A DNA stretch of 45,632 bases from Campylobacterota bacterium (GTDB taxonomy: Bacteria > Campylobacterota > Campylobacteria > Campylobacterales > JAADDX01). A model generated the notes under the pieces. That model saw nothing but the letters and a program-made list of their open reading frames with translations, was not told the DNA's origin and did not search any database. The stretch is taken from positions 1-45,632 of the forward strand of contig JAADDX010000083.1 of assembly GCA_013153685.1 (NCBI GenBank), read 5' to 3'. Below are positions 9,659 to 21,126 of the stretch, in pieces; the stretch's first letter is position 1, and every line of letters begins with the position of its first letter. A program made the translations under genes and the position numbers.

Positions 9659-9730
9659 CGAAACAATTTCCCCAAATCCAAAAAAATATAAAATTTCAAA
9701 TAATTTTTTACAAAGTGTTACAAATTTTCA

Positions 9731-10375
9731 CTATCGAAAAAGTGCACTCCCTATACGCACCATATTACTACCACACTTAATAGCTAATTCAAAATCATTA
9801 CTCATCCCCATAGAACACACCTTAGCACCATGAGGGCGTAATTGTTCAAAAATCTTATAAGTAAGCTCAAATGATTTGATAATTTCTTTTTGATTATCAG
9901 TATGAGCACCGATAGTCATTACCCCTTGTAGACGGATATTTGGACATTCTTGTAGTATTTGATGATATACATCTACCGCCTCTTGTGCCATAACGCCATG
10001 CTTGCTTACTTCGTTTGCGGAATTAATCTCTAATAGACATCTCATAGGCTTAGTAGTTCTTTTATCGATTGCTTTGGCAAGGTCTACAGAATTGATAGAT
10101 TGTATCATAAAAGGCTCTAGGCTTAATAATTTGTTGATTTTATTTTTTTGTAAATTTCCTATAAAATGCCATTCAATAGGCAAATCACTTAATTGTTGTG
10201 CTTTACTGTACATATCTTGGACTTTGTTCTCACCAAATGCTCTTTGTCCTTGATTGTATAGTTGCTCAATAGCACTCGCATCCACATATTTGCTAACTGC
10301 TATCAATTTTACTATTAGATGTTCATTAACAGACAATCTTGCTTTTTCGATTCTTTGTATAATTTCCTCTAACAT
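9731..10375 (-). CDS. yggS: PLP homeostasis protein YggS
   Basis: LIAVSKY, FGENKVQ, WHFIGNLQKNK, SMGMSNDFELAI..GSNMVRIGS. Start moved to ATG 10375 (10378 possible) behind GGAGG. Confidence 0.94.
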   Translation of the reverse strand: MLEEIIQRIEKARLSVNEHLIVKLIAVSKYVDASAIEQLYNQGQRAFGENKVQDMYSKAQQLSDLPIEWHFIGNLQKNKINKLLSLEPFMIQSINSVDLAKAIDKRTTKPMRCLLEINSANEVSKHGVMAQEAVDVYHQILQECPNIRLQGVMTIGAHTDNQKEIIKSFELTYKIFEQLRPHGAKVCSMGMSNDFELAIKCGSNMVRIGSALFR

Positions 10376-11127
10376 CATCTCCTCCAATACTCAATAGCTC
10401 TTTTTTTGTCTGAAATTATAGCTTGTTTTAACTCATTTAAACTATTAAATTTCCTATTTTCTCTTAGAAATTCGAAAAACTCTATTGTTATTGTTTCATT
10501 GTGAGAGCGATATTGCAATATGTGCGTCTCAATAGCAAACTTAGCGTCTGTAGATCTTGTGCCTATGAATGTGATTGATGGTTGATTGTCAGTACGAGTG
10601 ATATACACTCCATCTTTTGGCAAAGTATAATCACACTCAAGCTTAAGATTAATAGTAGGGAGCAATTGTGCACCAAGCCCTTGCCCTACAATCTGCCTAC
10701 CTTTAATGCGATAAGGATGATTTAGAAGCTTATTAGCCATGGTTATATTGGCATCTTTAATAAATTGCCGGATCACATTTGCATGAATACTTATACCATC
10801 TAGCTTAATTTCATCTATTACCTTGACATTGAAAAATTTCCTCAACAATGCTATATCACCTGCTCTATCTTTACCGAATCTAAAATCATACCCAACAACA
10901 ATCAACGAAGGATTATAATTTTTTAGTATATGTACAAACTGCAAAGCCGTGAGGTGTTTAATCTCATCAAGCAGATAAAAATGGCACGGCTTATCGATAT
11001 ATTCGCACATCTCTTTACAAGGAGTGAGGGTTGGGTGCTTTTGGATAATAATCACCTCATCCGAATATTTTAACAACTCTTGGTGAGCCAAATGCACACC
11101 ATCAAATCCCCCAATTGCCAATCTCAT
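10375..11127 (-). CDS. ribF: Bifunctional riboflavin kinase / FAD synthetase
   Basis: AIGGFDGVHLAHQ, VVGYDFRFG, GQGLG..LLPTINL, IETHIL, LRENRKF. Start moved to ATG 11127 (TAATG overlap with the upstream stop). Confidence 0.93.
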   Translation of the reverse strand: MRLAIGGFDGVHLAHQELLKYSDEVIIIQKHPTLTPCKEMCEYIDKPCHFYLLDEIKHLTALQFVHILKNYNPSLIVVGYDFRFGKDRAGDIALLRKFFNVKVIDEIKLDGISIHANVIRQFIKDANITMANKLLNHPYRIKGRQIVGQGLGAQLLPTINLKLECDYTLPKDGVYITRTDNQPSITFIGTRSTDAKFAIETHILQYRSHNETITIEFFEFLRENRKFNSLNELKQAIISDKKRAIEYWRR

Positions 11128-12359
11128 TATATTTTTACCGCTGAAGCTAGATTCCACATAGGCAAAAAGATCCCAAGAGCCAAAAGCAACACAAATCCAC
11201 CAATTACCACTACCATAATAGGCTCTATTTTAGCCGATAATCCATCAATTACTCTATCAAACAAACTCTTATAATACCCACTAGCATTCTCCAACATCAC
11301 ATCCAAACTCCCCGATTCTTCACCCGCCATAATCATCTGAAGTGCGATATTATCCAACAATCCGACCTCTTTTAGAGACGTTGAAAAAGCCTTTCCTTTG
11401 GAGATATTTATCTTAACTTGCTCTACTTTTTCTTTTAATACTTCATTTTCTAATATTTCTTGGGCTATATCTAGCGAATCTACAAGTGAAATTCCAGCAG
11501 CCGTTAGCTCTTTTAGCACAAGCAAAAATTTATAAAAAGACGATTGCAAAATAATATCGCTAAAAATAGGCATTTGCAATAATATCTTATCCACTTTATA
11601 GCGGTATTTATAGCTATGATCATAATAATATCTATGCAAGAAAAAAAGCACAACTATTGCAAGCAGTATAAAAATCCCAAATGATTTTAATATACTCTCC
11701 AATCCGAGCAATATCTGAGTTGGCAAAGGTAAATTCGCCCCAAATCTTTTAAATACGGATTCAAATTGCGGCACTACAAAATAGATTAATATCGTAAATG
11801 CAACCGCAAGAGCTGTCATTGTCATCATAGGATAACGCATCGCTTTTTTGAATCTACGTTTATTTTCTTCAATCTCTTCATAAATTTCCGCCAGCGTCTC
11901 CAAGCTCTCACCAAGCCTACCAGTCTTCTCTCCAAGTTTTACCATCGCAATAGCCAAAATCCCTACTTGAGATTTGTATTTCTCAAATGTGCTTGAGAGA
12001 TTAAGCCCACTATCTATCGCGTTTAGAGCATCCTTAAAAAACTCACTAATCAAAGGATCAGCACTATTCTCAGCAATATTTTCTATCGCTTCTTTGATAG
12101 GAATTTGTGCTTGTATAAGAGTAGCTAGTTGCTTAATAGCACTTACAAACTCATCAACATCAAATGACTTTTGAAAAAACGACAAAACCATGTTTTTTAG
12201 CCGTGCAATTTTAATCTCCAATGGAGCATCAATCTCAACTACGCTAATAATCTTACCATCTATAAATCTAAAAATATTTTTGCTATCGCTTAATTCTTTG
12301 ATAACGGTATGTTTTTTACCTTTTGAGATATAGGTAATTTTGTAATATTGTCCCAACAC
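11127..12359 (-). CDS. Type II secretion / type IV pilus platform protein (GspF/PilC/CtsF family)
   Basis: Two T2SSF domains (QLATLIQAQIPI..A, GEKTGRL, YP; AGEESGSLD, IEP, IFLPMW). Start moved to GTG 12359 (or TTG 12356) behind AAGGA. Confidence 0.9.
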   Translation of the reverse strand: MLGQYYKITYISKGKKHTVIKELSDSKNIFRFIDGKIISVVEIDAPLEIKIARLKNMVLSFFQKSFDVDEFVSAIKQLATLIQAQIPIKEAIENIAENSADPLISEFFKDALNAIDSGLNLSSTFEKYKSQVGILAIAMVKLGEKTGRLGESLETLAEIYEEIEENKRRFKKAMRYPMMTMTALAVAFTILIYFVVPQFESVFKRFGANLPLPTQILLGLESILKSFGIFILLAIVVLFFLHRYYYDHSYKYRYKVDKILLQMPIFSDIILQSSFYKFLLVLKELTAAGISLVDSLDIAQEILENEVLKEKVEQVKINISKGKAFSTSLKEVGLLDNIALQMIMAGEESGSLDVMLENASGYYKSLFDRVIDGLSAKIEPIMVVVIGGFVLLLALGIFLPMWNLASAVKI

Positions 12360-12384
12360 ATATCCTTCAAAAGAGTTTTTTGCA

Positions 12385-12457
12385 ATTATACCATATTTAA
12401 ATAACGAAATTTCAACGAAACACGTTAAAGGGGTATTTAAACTTTTTATGGTATAAT
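12385..12457. promoter_or_regulatory. Divergent extended -10 promoters: TGgTATAAT minus (12385-12393) and TGgTATAAT plus (12449-12457)
   Basis: Two exact TGnTATAAT boxes, each about 25 nt upstream of the pilC-like and frr starts. Confidence 0.6.
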
Positions 12458-12483
12458 ACACAAAAATTTTCAAGGAGAATGTG

Positions 12484-13041
12484 ATGTTAAATGAAATCTA
12501 TGAAAATACCAAAAAACACATGGATAAATCTATCGAAGTATTAAAACACGATTTAAATACTCTAAGGACTGGGAAAGTATCGACTGCTATTATTGAAAAT
12601 ATCAAAGTAGATTATTACGGGACACCAACACCTCTAAATCAAGTAGGATCGGTATTAGCAATCGATGCTACAACTATCCAAATCAATCCATGGGAGAAAA
12701 ATTTACTCAAAGATATCGAAAAAGTAATCCAAGAAGCAAATATCGGAGTAAACCCGAACAATGATGGTGATTCAATCAAACTATTTTTCCCTCCTATGAC
12801 AGAAGAAGAGAGAAAAAAACAATCAAAAAAAGCCAAAGAATTCGCTGAAAAAGCAAAAATCGCTATTAGAAACGTAAGAAGAGATAGTAACGACAAGGTA
12901 AAAAAACTACTAAAAGATAAAGAAATTACAGAAGATGAATCTAAAAGTGCACTCGACGAAATCCAAAAAATCACCGACAACTACGTAGCCAAAGTAGATG
13001 AGATAGTTGCTAAAAAAACAGACGAGATTATGAAGGTATAA
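12484..13041 (+). CDS. frr: Ribosome recycling factor
   Basis: [35 protein letters not shown]; AAGGAG RBS. Confidence 0.97.
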   Translation: MLNEIYENTKKHMDKSIEVLKHDLNTLRTGKVSTAIIENIKVDYYGTPTPLNQVGSVLAIDATTIQINPWEKNLLKDIEKVIQEANIGVNPNNDGDSIKLFFPPMTEEERKKQSKKAKEFAEKAKIAIRNVRRDSNDKVKKLLKDKEITEDESKSALDEIQKITDNYVAKVDEIVAKKTDEIMKV

Positions 13042-13042
13042 A

Positions 13043-13651
13043 ATGAATTTAAAAAAAATTTACGAAGAAAACAATGCCCTATTGACAGGGCATTTCAAAT
13101 TAAGTAGCGGAAAGCATAGTCCCAATTATCTCCAAAGTGCAAGAGTCTTAGAAAATCCAAAAGTAGCACAAGAGCTATTATCCGCTTTAGCTAAACAAAT
13201 CCAAGAGTATGGACTAAAAGTCGATGTGGTATGCTCACCAGCAATCGGTGGACTTTTGGCTGGATATGAACTAGCAAGAGCTCTTGGGGTGAGATTTATC
13301 TTTACTGAGAGAGTTAATGGAGTGATGACTTTGCGTAGAGGATTTGAAGTAAGAGAGGGTGAGAGAGTCTTGATTTGCGAAGATATCATCACCACAGGTA
13401 AAAGTGCACTTGAAGCGGCAAAAGAGGTCGAGAAATTTGGTGCTAAAATAGTAGGATTTGCGGCTATTGCAAATAGAGGACTTTGTAAAAGAGTAGGAAG
13501 TGATCTTGAAGCAAAATCGGAGTGTAAATTACCAAGTGACGTACCGTTTTTTGCACTTGATGATTTTATTTTTGAGACATACGAAGCAGATAAATGCCCT
13601 ATGTGTAAAGAAGGTAGCCAAGCTATCAAACCAGGAAGTAGAGGCAATTAA
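13043..13651 (+). CDS. pyrE: Orotate phosphoribosyltransferase
   Basis: [15 protein letters not shown] motif [14 protein letters not shown]-terminal CPMC...KPGSR. Confidence 0.95.
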   Translation: MNLKKIYEENNALLTGHFKLSSGKHSPNYLQSARVLENPKVAQELLSALAKQIQEYGLKVDVVCSPAIGGLLAGYELARALGVRFIFTERVNGVMTLRRGFEVREGERVLICEDIITTGKSALEAAKEVEKFGAKIVGFAAIANRGLCKRVGSDLEAKSECKLPSDVPFFALDDFIFETYEADKCPMCKEGSQAIKPGSRGN

Positions 13652-13660
13652 GGATTAATA

Positions 13661-15809
<2,149 letters not shown>

Positions 15810-15818
15810 GGATTTGTA

Positions 15819-17234
15819 TTGAAAAAAGTTTTATTATTAATTCAAGGGAATGAAGCAAAACGCTTCATTCAAAGCATTATCAAAGATTATATAAATGTAG
15901 CGGAGTTTGATATCGTATATCAAAACGACGACGATATCAAAGAGGATTTCAAAGTTGATGGTATTAGCTTTTATAAAATTCCATTTAGTGATTTTACCAA
16001 GTTATCATACTTCAAAGATAAAGATTATTCCAAGGTTATCATCGTAATCAAAAACAAATTTTTCGCACTAAATGCACTAAAAGCTGTAGAGTTTTTTATC
16101 AGCAAAAATATACTCATTGAGCTGGTGAAGTTTTGGGATATCGAAATCCAAAGCAAAAATATCAACGTCATCACAATCCCGAATATTATCAATTCTACAC
16201 TCATTGATCTTTTGCCAAACGTGCCGGTGTTTGCCAGAAATATAGGGCTTGGTAAAGAGGAAATTATGGAAGTAGAGGTGCCAGCAAGTAGTGTGTTTGT
16301 ATATAGGAATGTAGAACTTTTAAACAATGAAAACAAACAAAAATGGCGAATAGTAGCTATTTATAGAAATGATAAATTGATTTTACCCAACAAAATGACT
16401 ACTATTCATCATTACGATAAATTAGTAATCATCGGGCAAGCCAATATCCTCAAAGACGTCTACAAAAGTATCAAAAAAGACGTTGGATTATTTCCAGCCC
16501 CTTATGGAAATAATATCTACTTGCTAATTGATAGAAAAACCATGAATAGATTGCAAGTAAGTAAGCTTCTAAAATCCGCAATTTATTTACATAGAAAATT
16601 AAAATCCAAAAAACTTATCATCAAAATTATCAATCCAAATCTCCATCGATTCAAAAAACTAGACAATATAGAGGGTATTGAGGTATATGTGGATTATCAC
16701 GCTACTGATATGTATGAAGTCATTATGCAAGATATACTCAAATTCAGCATCGGTATGTTTATTATCGATAACAAATTTTATTACAAAAACATAAATTTCC
16801 TCCTCAAACTCAAAAAACCATTTCTCAAAATCGGAGATGAAGAGAGTATCAAAAAATGCACTCAAAGTGCTTTGATTTTGGAAGATAGTGATGCTATTAC
16901 GGAAATATCGCCGTTGGTATTTGATATCTCAAGCCAACTAGAATATAAAATCAAATTTTTAGACATCGATCCAGAAAATGTCAAACTCACCAAAAAAGAT
17001 ATCACCATCTACTACGAAAATATCTCAAAAATGTACTATTACAAAAACGTAGAATTCATAGTCAAAAACAGCAATCCGTATTTTGAGATTCAAAAAATGC
17101 ATAATGTTTGCTTTTTTATGCCATTTAACAACAAAATCCCAAAAAACAAATTACTCTCATACTTGTTACCAAACAACACCAATATCCAACTACTACTTGA
17201 TAAATACAATCAATTCATGATACCGACAAAATGA
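15819..17234 (+). CDS. COG3400-like protein (degenerate RCK-N, TrkA-C domain, USP-like C-terminal region)
   Basis: NIGLGKEEIMEVEVPASSVFVYR, WRIVAIYRN, FPAPYG resemble the Campylobacterota COG3400 family; no TM segment. Confidence 0.75.
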   Translation: MKKVLLLIQGNEAKRFIQSIIKDYINVAEFDIVYQNDDDIKEDFKVDGISFYKIPFSDFTKLSYFKDKDYSKVIIVIKNKFFALNALKAVEFFISKNILIELVKFWDIEIQSKNINVITIPNIINSTLIDLLPNVPVFARNIGLGKEEIMEVEVPASSVFVYRNVELLNNENKQKWRIVAIYRNDKLILPNKMTTIHHYDKLVIIGQANILKDVYKSIKKDVGLFPAPYGNNIYLLIDRKTMNRLQVSKLLKSAIYLHRKLKSKKLIIKIINPNLHRFKKLDNIEGIEVYVDYHATDMYEVIMQDILKFSIGMFIIDNKFYYKNINFLLKLKKPFLKIGDEESIKKCTQSALILEDSDAITEISPLVFDISSQLEYKIKFLDIDPENVKLTKKDITIYYENISKMYYYKNVEFIVKNSNPYFEIQKMHNVCFFMPFNNKIPKNKLLSYLLPNNTNIQLLLDKYNQFMIPTK

Positions 17235-17242
17235 TATTGATT

Positions 17243-17265
17243 TTTAAGATGAAATTCATTATAAT
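17243..17265 (+). promoter_or_regulatory. Putative promoter (TTTAAG...TATAAT) for the repeat-protein / two-component operon
   Basis: TATAAT at 17260-17265 with upstream TTTAAG in a 57-nt gap; AAAGGGGAG RBS before ATG 17292. Confidence 0.5.
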
Positions 17266-17291
17266 TTGATAGTAGATTTGAAAGGGGAGAT

Positions 17292-19091
17292 ATGCGAAGA
17301 TTATTAATACTTTTAATTAGCTTAAATATTTTATTTGCTTACAAGGTAAAAACACCAAGCGATGTATTTTCATACGCAATGCTCTTGAAAAAAAAGGTAG
17401 AATACCTCAGAGCACAATCACATATCACTTCTCCATTCCCTAAAGTTCCGCCACAACACAACAAATATCCACGACACGTAATCCAAAAGGCACTAGAGAT
17501 TTTAAGCAAAATCAACTTATATAGAATCTCTAAAGGGTATGGAGCTATTTTTATCCCTCCGTATCCGGCACGGGAAATTACGCCAAGTGACGTATACGAG
17601 ATGGTAAAACGACTAGATGCGGAAGTGACGCCATTTATTAAAGATAGACAATTTCTAGAACACTTAACTCTTGTAAAATATCACAACAAAACCCCAAACG
17701 ACGTATATCAGCTATTGTGGTCTATCTCTTTGGCATTTGATAGCTTACTCGGTATTCATGGTTATACACCAACAGACGTATATGCTCTCTCACAAAAACT
17801 AGTAGAGACGGTAAAATTCATCAGAGAGACACAAAATATGTATAACATGCCATCAAAACCCAAAAAAATCCCAAATCTTCACCCAAATCATGCCTTATAC
17901 GCAAGCTATGATTTCCTCAGCAAAGTAAGAACTAGTGAGAAACACTTGTGGATAGATCCTACGGAAGTGCCTAAAAAACCACATAGAGTGATCACACCAA
18001 CAGACGTATATGATTCACTCCAATACAACATTGCAGAATTACAAAGGATCAAATACAGACTCGGTGTGGAGCGATACTTCAAGCTCAAACCGGTAAAAGG
18101 GAGTAAGACTCCAAGTGATGTAGTGCAAAATATCAAATACGCAAGAAGACTAATGCCGATTTTTTCTTTTGATAAGGAATTAATCCAATATCCTATCTCA
18201 TCACTACAAAAAACTCCTAACAACGTATATGCCGTAACAGAGGAAATACTCAAAAAAATCGATATTCTCAAAAACATCAAAGGGATAGCACAAAAAGCCA
18301 AAAATCCTCCATATATAGCGGGACTCAGACCAATCCATGCTTTCCAAAAAGCGATAGAAGCCACCGAAAAAGCGATTAGATTAAAAGTGCAAATGGGATT
18401 TTACCCTTCGGAAGTACCAACAGAACCGCTAAGGGAAATTACACCAAATGAAGTATATGAAATGGTAATTAGGCTAGATGGAATTATTACGATTTTACTA
18501 CACAAAGCCGGATACCACAAAACAGAAGAATACATCTACAAACCAAACAAAGAAATCCCATCATCAAAAACACCAAGCGATGTGTATCATAATTTGTGGT
18601 ATATCTCAAACAACCTAGACGTATTACTCGCAAGCGAATACACACCAAATGAAACATTCGCTATCTCAAATAGAATCAAAATCAAAATTTTATCTTTATT
18701 GCACAAAATGAAAATCAAAAAAAGTGCTATTGATGAGATTTTACACAAAAATATCATCCTAACCGAATCCAAAACACCAAAAGATGTATTTAATCTCACC
18801 CTTAGATTATATCACCAAATCAAACATATCCAAAAAAGAATGAATATGAGTGAGACAAGTATCATCATCCCAAAAGAGAGAATCATTACGCCAAATACCG
18901 TATATAACGCATTGCGAATCATTAATGCTAGTATCAACGAAATCCTTATTTACAAAGATATTGATGAATCTGATATCATATATCCTATGGTATTGCCAAA
19001 AGATAAGACACCAAGTGACGTATACAAAAACGTAACTAAGCTAAGAGAGTTGTTAGGATTATTATATCAAGAGAGTGATTATGAAGATTAA
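17292..19091 (+). CDS. Exported repeat protein of unknown function (16 x ~38-aa TPxDV-helix units)
   Basis: 599-aa ORF with RBS; Sec-type signal MRRLLILLISLNILFA; no family recognised; 3' end overlaps the kinase start. Confidence 0.85.
   Translation: MRRLLILLISLNILFAYKVKTPSDVFSYAMLLKKKVEYLRAQSHITSPFPKVPPQHNKYPRHVIQKALEILSKINLYRISKGYGAIFIPPYPAREITPSDVYEMVKRLDAEVTPFIKDRQFLEHLTLVKYHNKTPNDVYQLLWSISLAFDSLLGIHGYTPTDVYALSQKLVETVKFIRETQNMYNMPSKPKKIPNLHPNHALYASYDFLSKVRTSEKHLWIDPTEVPKKPHRVITPTDVYDSLQYNIAELQRIKYRLGVERYFKLKPVKGSKTPSDVVQNIKYARRLMPIFSFDKELIQYPISSLQKTPNNVYAVTEEILKKIDILKNIKGIAQKAKNPPYIAGLRPIHAFQKAIEATEKAIRLKVQMGFYPSEVPTEPLREITPNEVYEMVIRLDGIITILLHKAGYHKTEEYIYKPNKEIPSSKTPSDVYHNLWYISNNLDVLLASEYTPNETFAISNRIKIKILSLLHKMKIKKSAIDEILHKNIILTESKTPKDVFNLTLRLYHQIKHIQKRMNMSETSIIIPKERIITPNTVYNALRIINASINEILIYKDIDESDIIYPMVLPKDKTPSDVYKNVTKLRELLGLLYQESDYED
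17349..19064 (+). repeat. Intragenic protein-level repeat, 16 units, modal period 38 aa
   Basis: Motif prolines at aa 22, 60, 98, 135, 160, 198, 236, 274, 309, 347, 385, 428, 452, 496, 534, 574 (counted by hand). Confidence 0.9.
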
Positions 19092-21126
19092 AAAAATATC
19101 TCTATCAATCAAAATTGCATTGTTAGTAATGATAGTATCGTTTTTTGGGATTGCGACATTGGCGTATATCTCGTATGACCAATCCAAAAAAATCTTTACG
19201 GATCATACAGCCCAAATCTTGGCTAAAAATATCGATCAATATACCAATTTTATACGGGAAAATATCCAGAAACTAAGATACAATATCACAATTTTCTCAT
19301 ACAATCCATCGGTAAAAGGTTTTATGAGAAGTTATTTTAACAAATACAAATATGACGAAAAAACAAACAAAACATTTAGTCAATACAAAAAAGATATCAT
19401 CGCTATGATGCTATTTACAATGAAACAAAATCCAGCATATTTTCAGATGAGAATTATTGATGCGACAAATGGAGAGGAAATTGTTAAGCTAATTAGAAAC
19501 AACAATCAAATCCAAATCGCCAAACCTCATCTCCTACAAAACAAATGGAATAGAAATTATGTGCAACAAACACTAAAAAAACGTAAAGGTTGTTATATAT
19601 CACATATTAATCTCAACAAAGAATTTCACACTATAGAATACCCAATCAAGCCAACTATTAGGATAGCAAAAGTAATCTATGCCAACGGCAAAAAAGCCGG
19701 AATTGCAGTAATTAACGCGGATATCAAGAAATTGTTTGATTTTGATAAATTGATTAAAGCCAATGATTCTACGACTTTTATCGCCAATGAGGAGGGGTAT
19801 TATCTATTCAATCCGATTCATCCAGAGAGAGAATTTGGGTTTGAATTTGGTAGAGAATACAAAATCTTCTCGCGATATCCAGAATTAAAAGAATTTTTCA
19901 CCTCAAAAGACACCACGTTTTCTTATATTTGTTACAAAAACGACAAAATCCTAGAAGCAAGGAAAGTATTTATCTATCCGGATAGATTTATAGTAGTGTT
20001 AAAAACAACGACTTCATCAGTATTCCAAAACAAAGCCAAAGCCTATACCAAAAACCTCATCATCTCCATCATACTAATTACGCTTATTATTACGCTAATT
20101 ACGACTATTTTGGTAAGAATACTTACAAGTCCTATTAGGAAATTGACCGCTATTGCCAATAAAATAGCCAGAAACAAAGGTGCAGAACACTACAATATCG
20201 ATATTAACACCAATGATGAAATCGGAGAATTGGCACATTCGTTTGATGTGATGTTAAGTGCGATAGAAGAGAGTAAAAAAGAACTAGAAAAATTTGCTGA
20301 AAAACTAGAAGAGGAAGTGGAGAAAAAGACAAAACAACTCCAAGAAGTAAACAAAAACCTACAAAAGATAGTAGAAGAAAAAGTAAAAGAATTACGACAA
20401 AAAGACCAAGCCTTAGTACAACAATCAAAAATGGCAGCCATGGGAGAGATGATAGGTGCTATTGCTCATCAATGGAGACAACCTCTTAATTCACTAGCTA
20501 TTAATATCCAAATGTTGGAAGATATGGCTGATAATGACGAACTCACTCCTGAAGTATTGCATGATTTTATAGACAAAAATATGCAAACAATTGAATTTAT
20601 GAGTAATACGATTGATGATTTTAGAAATTTCTTTAGAAAAGATAAAGAAGCTGTGCGATTTAATGTAAAAGAAGCGATTGAAAAGACGATAAACTTACAA
20701 AGAGCACAACTAAGCAATCACAACATTGAAGTGATAACCGATTTACAAGATGGTTATACTAAAGGATTCAAAAACGAATTTATGCAAGTTATACTCAACT
20801 TAATATCAAATGCAAAAGACGCTATTGAGGAATATAGAGCCAAAACTAATAACAATTTCAAAGGCAAAATCTATATACAAACAAAACCTAAGGACGATAA
20901 AATACTCATTATCATGAGAGATAATGGAGGCGGTATTGAGCCAGAAGTAGCAAATAGAATCTTTGAGCCGTATTTTACAACCAAGGATGAAGGAAAGGGG
21001 ACTGGAATGGGATTGTATATGGTAAGAGAGATTATTAATAGAATGAATGGTTCAATTAAAGTCTCTAATGCACAAGATGGAGCGGAATTTATCATAGAAT
21101 TACCAAAGGATGACGATGAGAACTGA
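19081..21126 (+). CDS. Sensor histidine kinase (TM-dCache-like-TM-HAMP-coiled coil-HisKA-HATPase)
   Basis: Two TMs flanking a periplasmic domain; HAMP (PIRKL...DEIGELAHSF); H-box AIAHQWRQPLN; N-box NLISNAKDA; DNGGG; FEPYFTTK; GTGMGLY. Confidence 0.94.
   Translation: MKIKKISLSIKIALLVMIVSFFGIATLAYISYDQSKKIFTDHTAQILAKNIDQYTNFIRENIQKLRYNITIFSYNPSVKGFMRSYFNKYKYDEKTNKTFSQYKKDIIAMMLFTMKQNPAYFQMRIIDATNGEEIVKLIRNNNQIQIAKPHLLQNKWNRNYVQQTLKKRKGCYISHINLNKEFHTIEYPIKPTIRIAKVIYANGKKAGIAVINADIKKLFDFDKLIKANDSTTFIANEEGYYLFNPIHPEREFGFEFGREYKIFSRYPELKEFFTSKDTTFSYICYKNDKILEARKVFIYPDRFIVVLKTTTSSVFQNKAKAYTKNLIISIILITLIITLITTILVRILTSPIRKLTAIANKIARNKGAEHYNIDINTNDEIGELAHSFDVMLSAIEESKKELEKFAEKLEEEVEKKTKQLQEVNKNLQKIVEEKVKELRQKDQALVQQSKMAAMGEMIGAIAHQWRQPLNSLAINIQMLEDMADNDELTPEVLHDFIDKNMQTIEFMSNTIDDFRNFFRKDKEAVRFNVKEAIEKTINLQRAQLSNHNIEVITDLQDGYTKGFKNEFMQVILNLISNAKDAIEEYRAKTNNNFKGKIYIQTKPKDDKILIIMRDNGGGIEPEVANRIFEPYFTTKDEGKGTGMGLYMVREIINRMNGSIKVSNAQDGAEFIIELPKDDDEN

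Noticed and set aside
12360-12473. N-terminal extension of the PilC-like ORF (and similar extensions of ribF, prepilin peptidase, rimM, rplS, fbp)
   Set aside because: The extensions cross promoter boxes or neighbouring genes; downstream starts have an RBS or stop/start coupling.
17388-17395. A8 tract near the start of the repeat-protein gene (also A8 near 9587 and 39531, G6 near 25144) as phase-variation sites
   Set aside because: Short tracts are expected in AT-rich DNA; the frames are intact; no G/C tract of 8 or more was seen.
17348-19025. Recurring ACACCAAG/CCAAGTGACG DNA words as a CRISPR array or mobile repeat
   Set aside because: In-frame, degenerate, roughly 114-nt spacing explained by the protein repeat; no cas genes.
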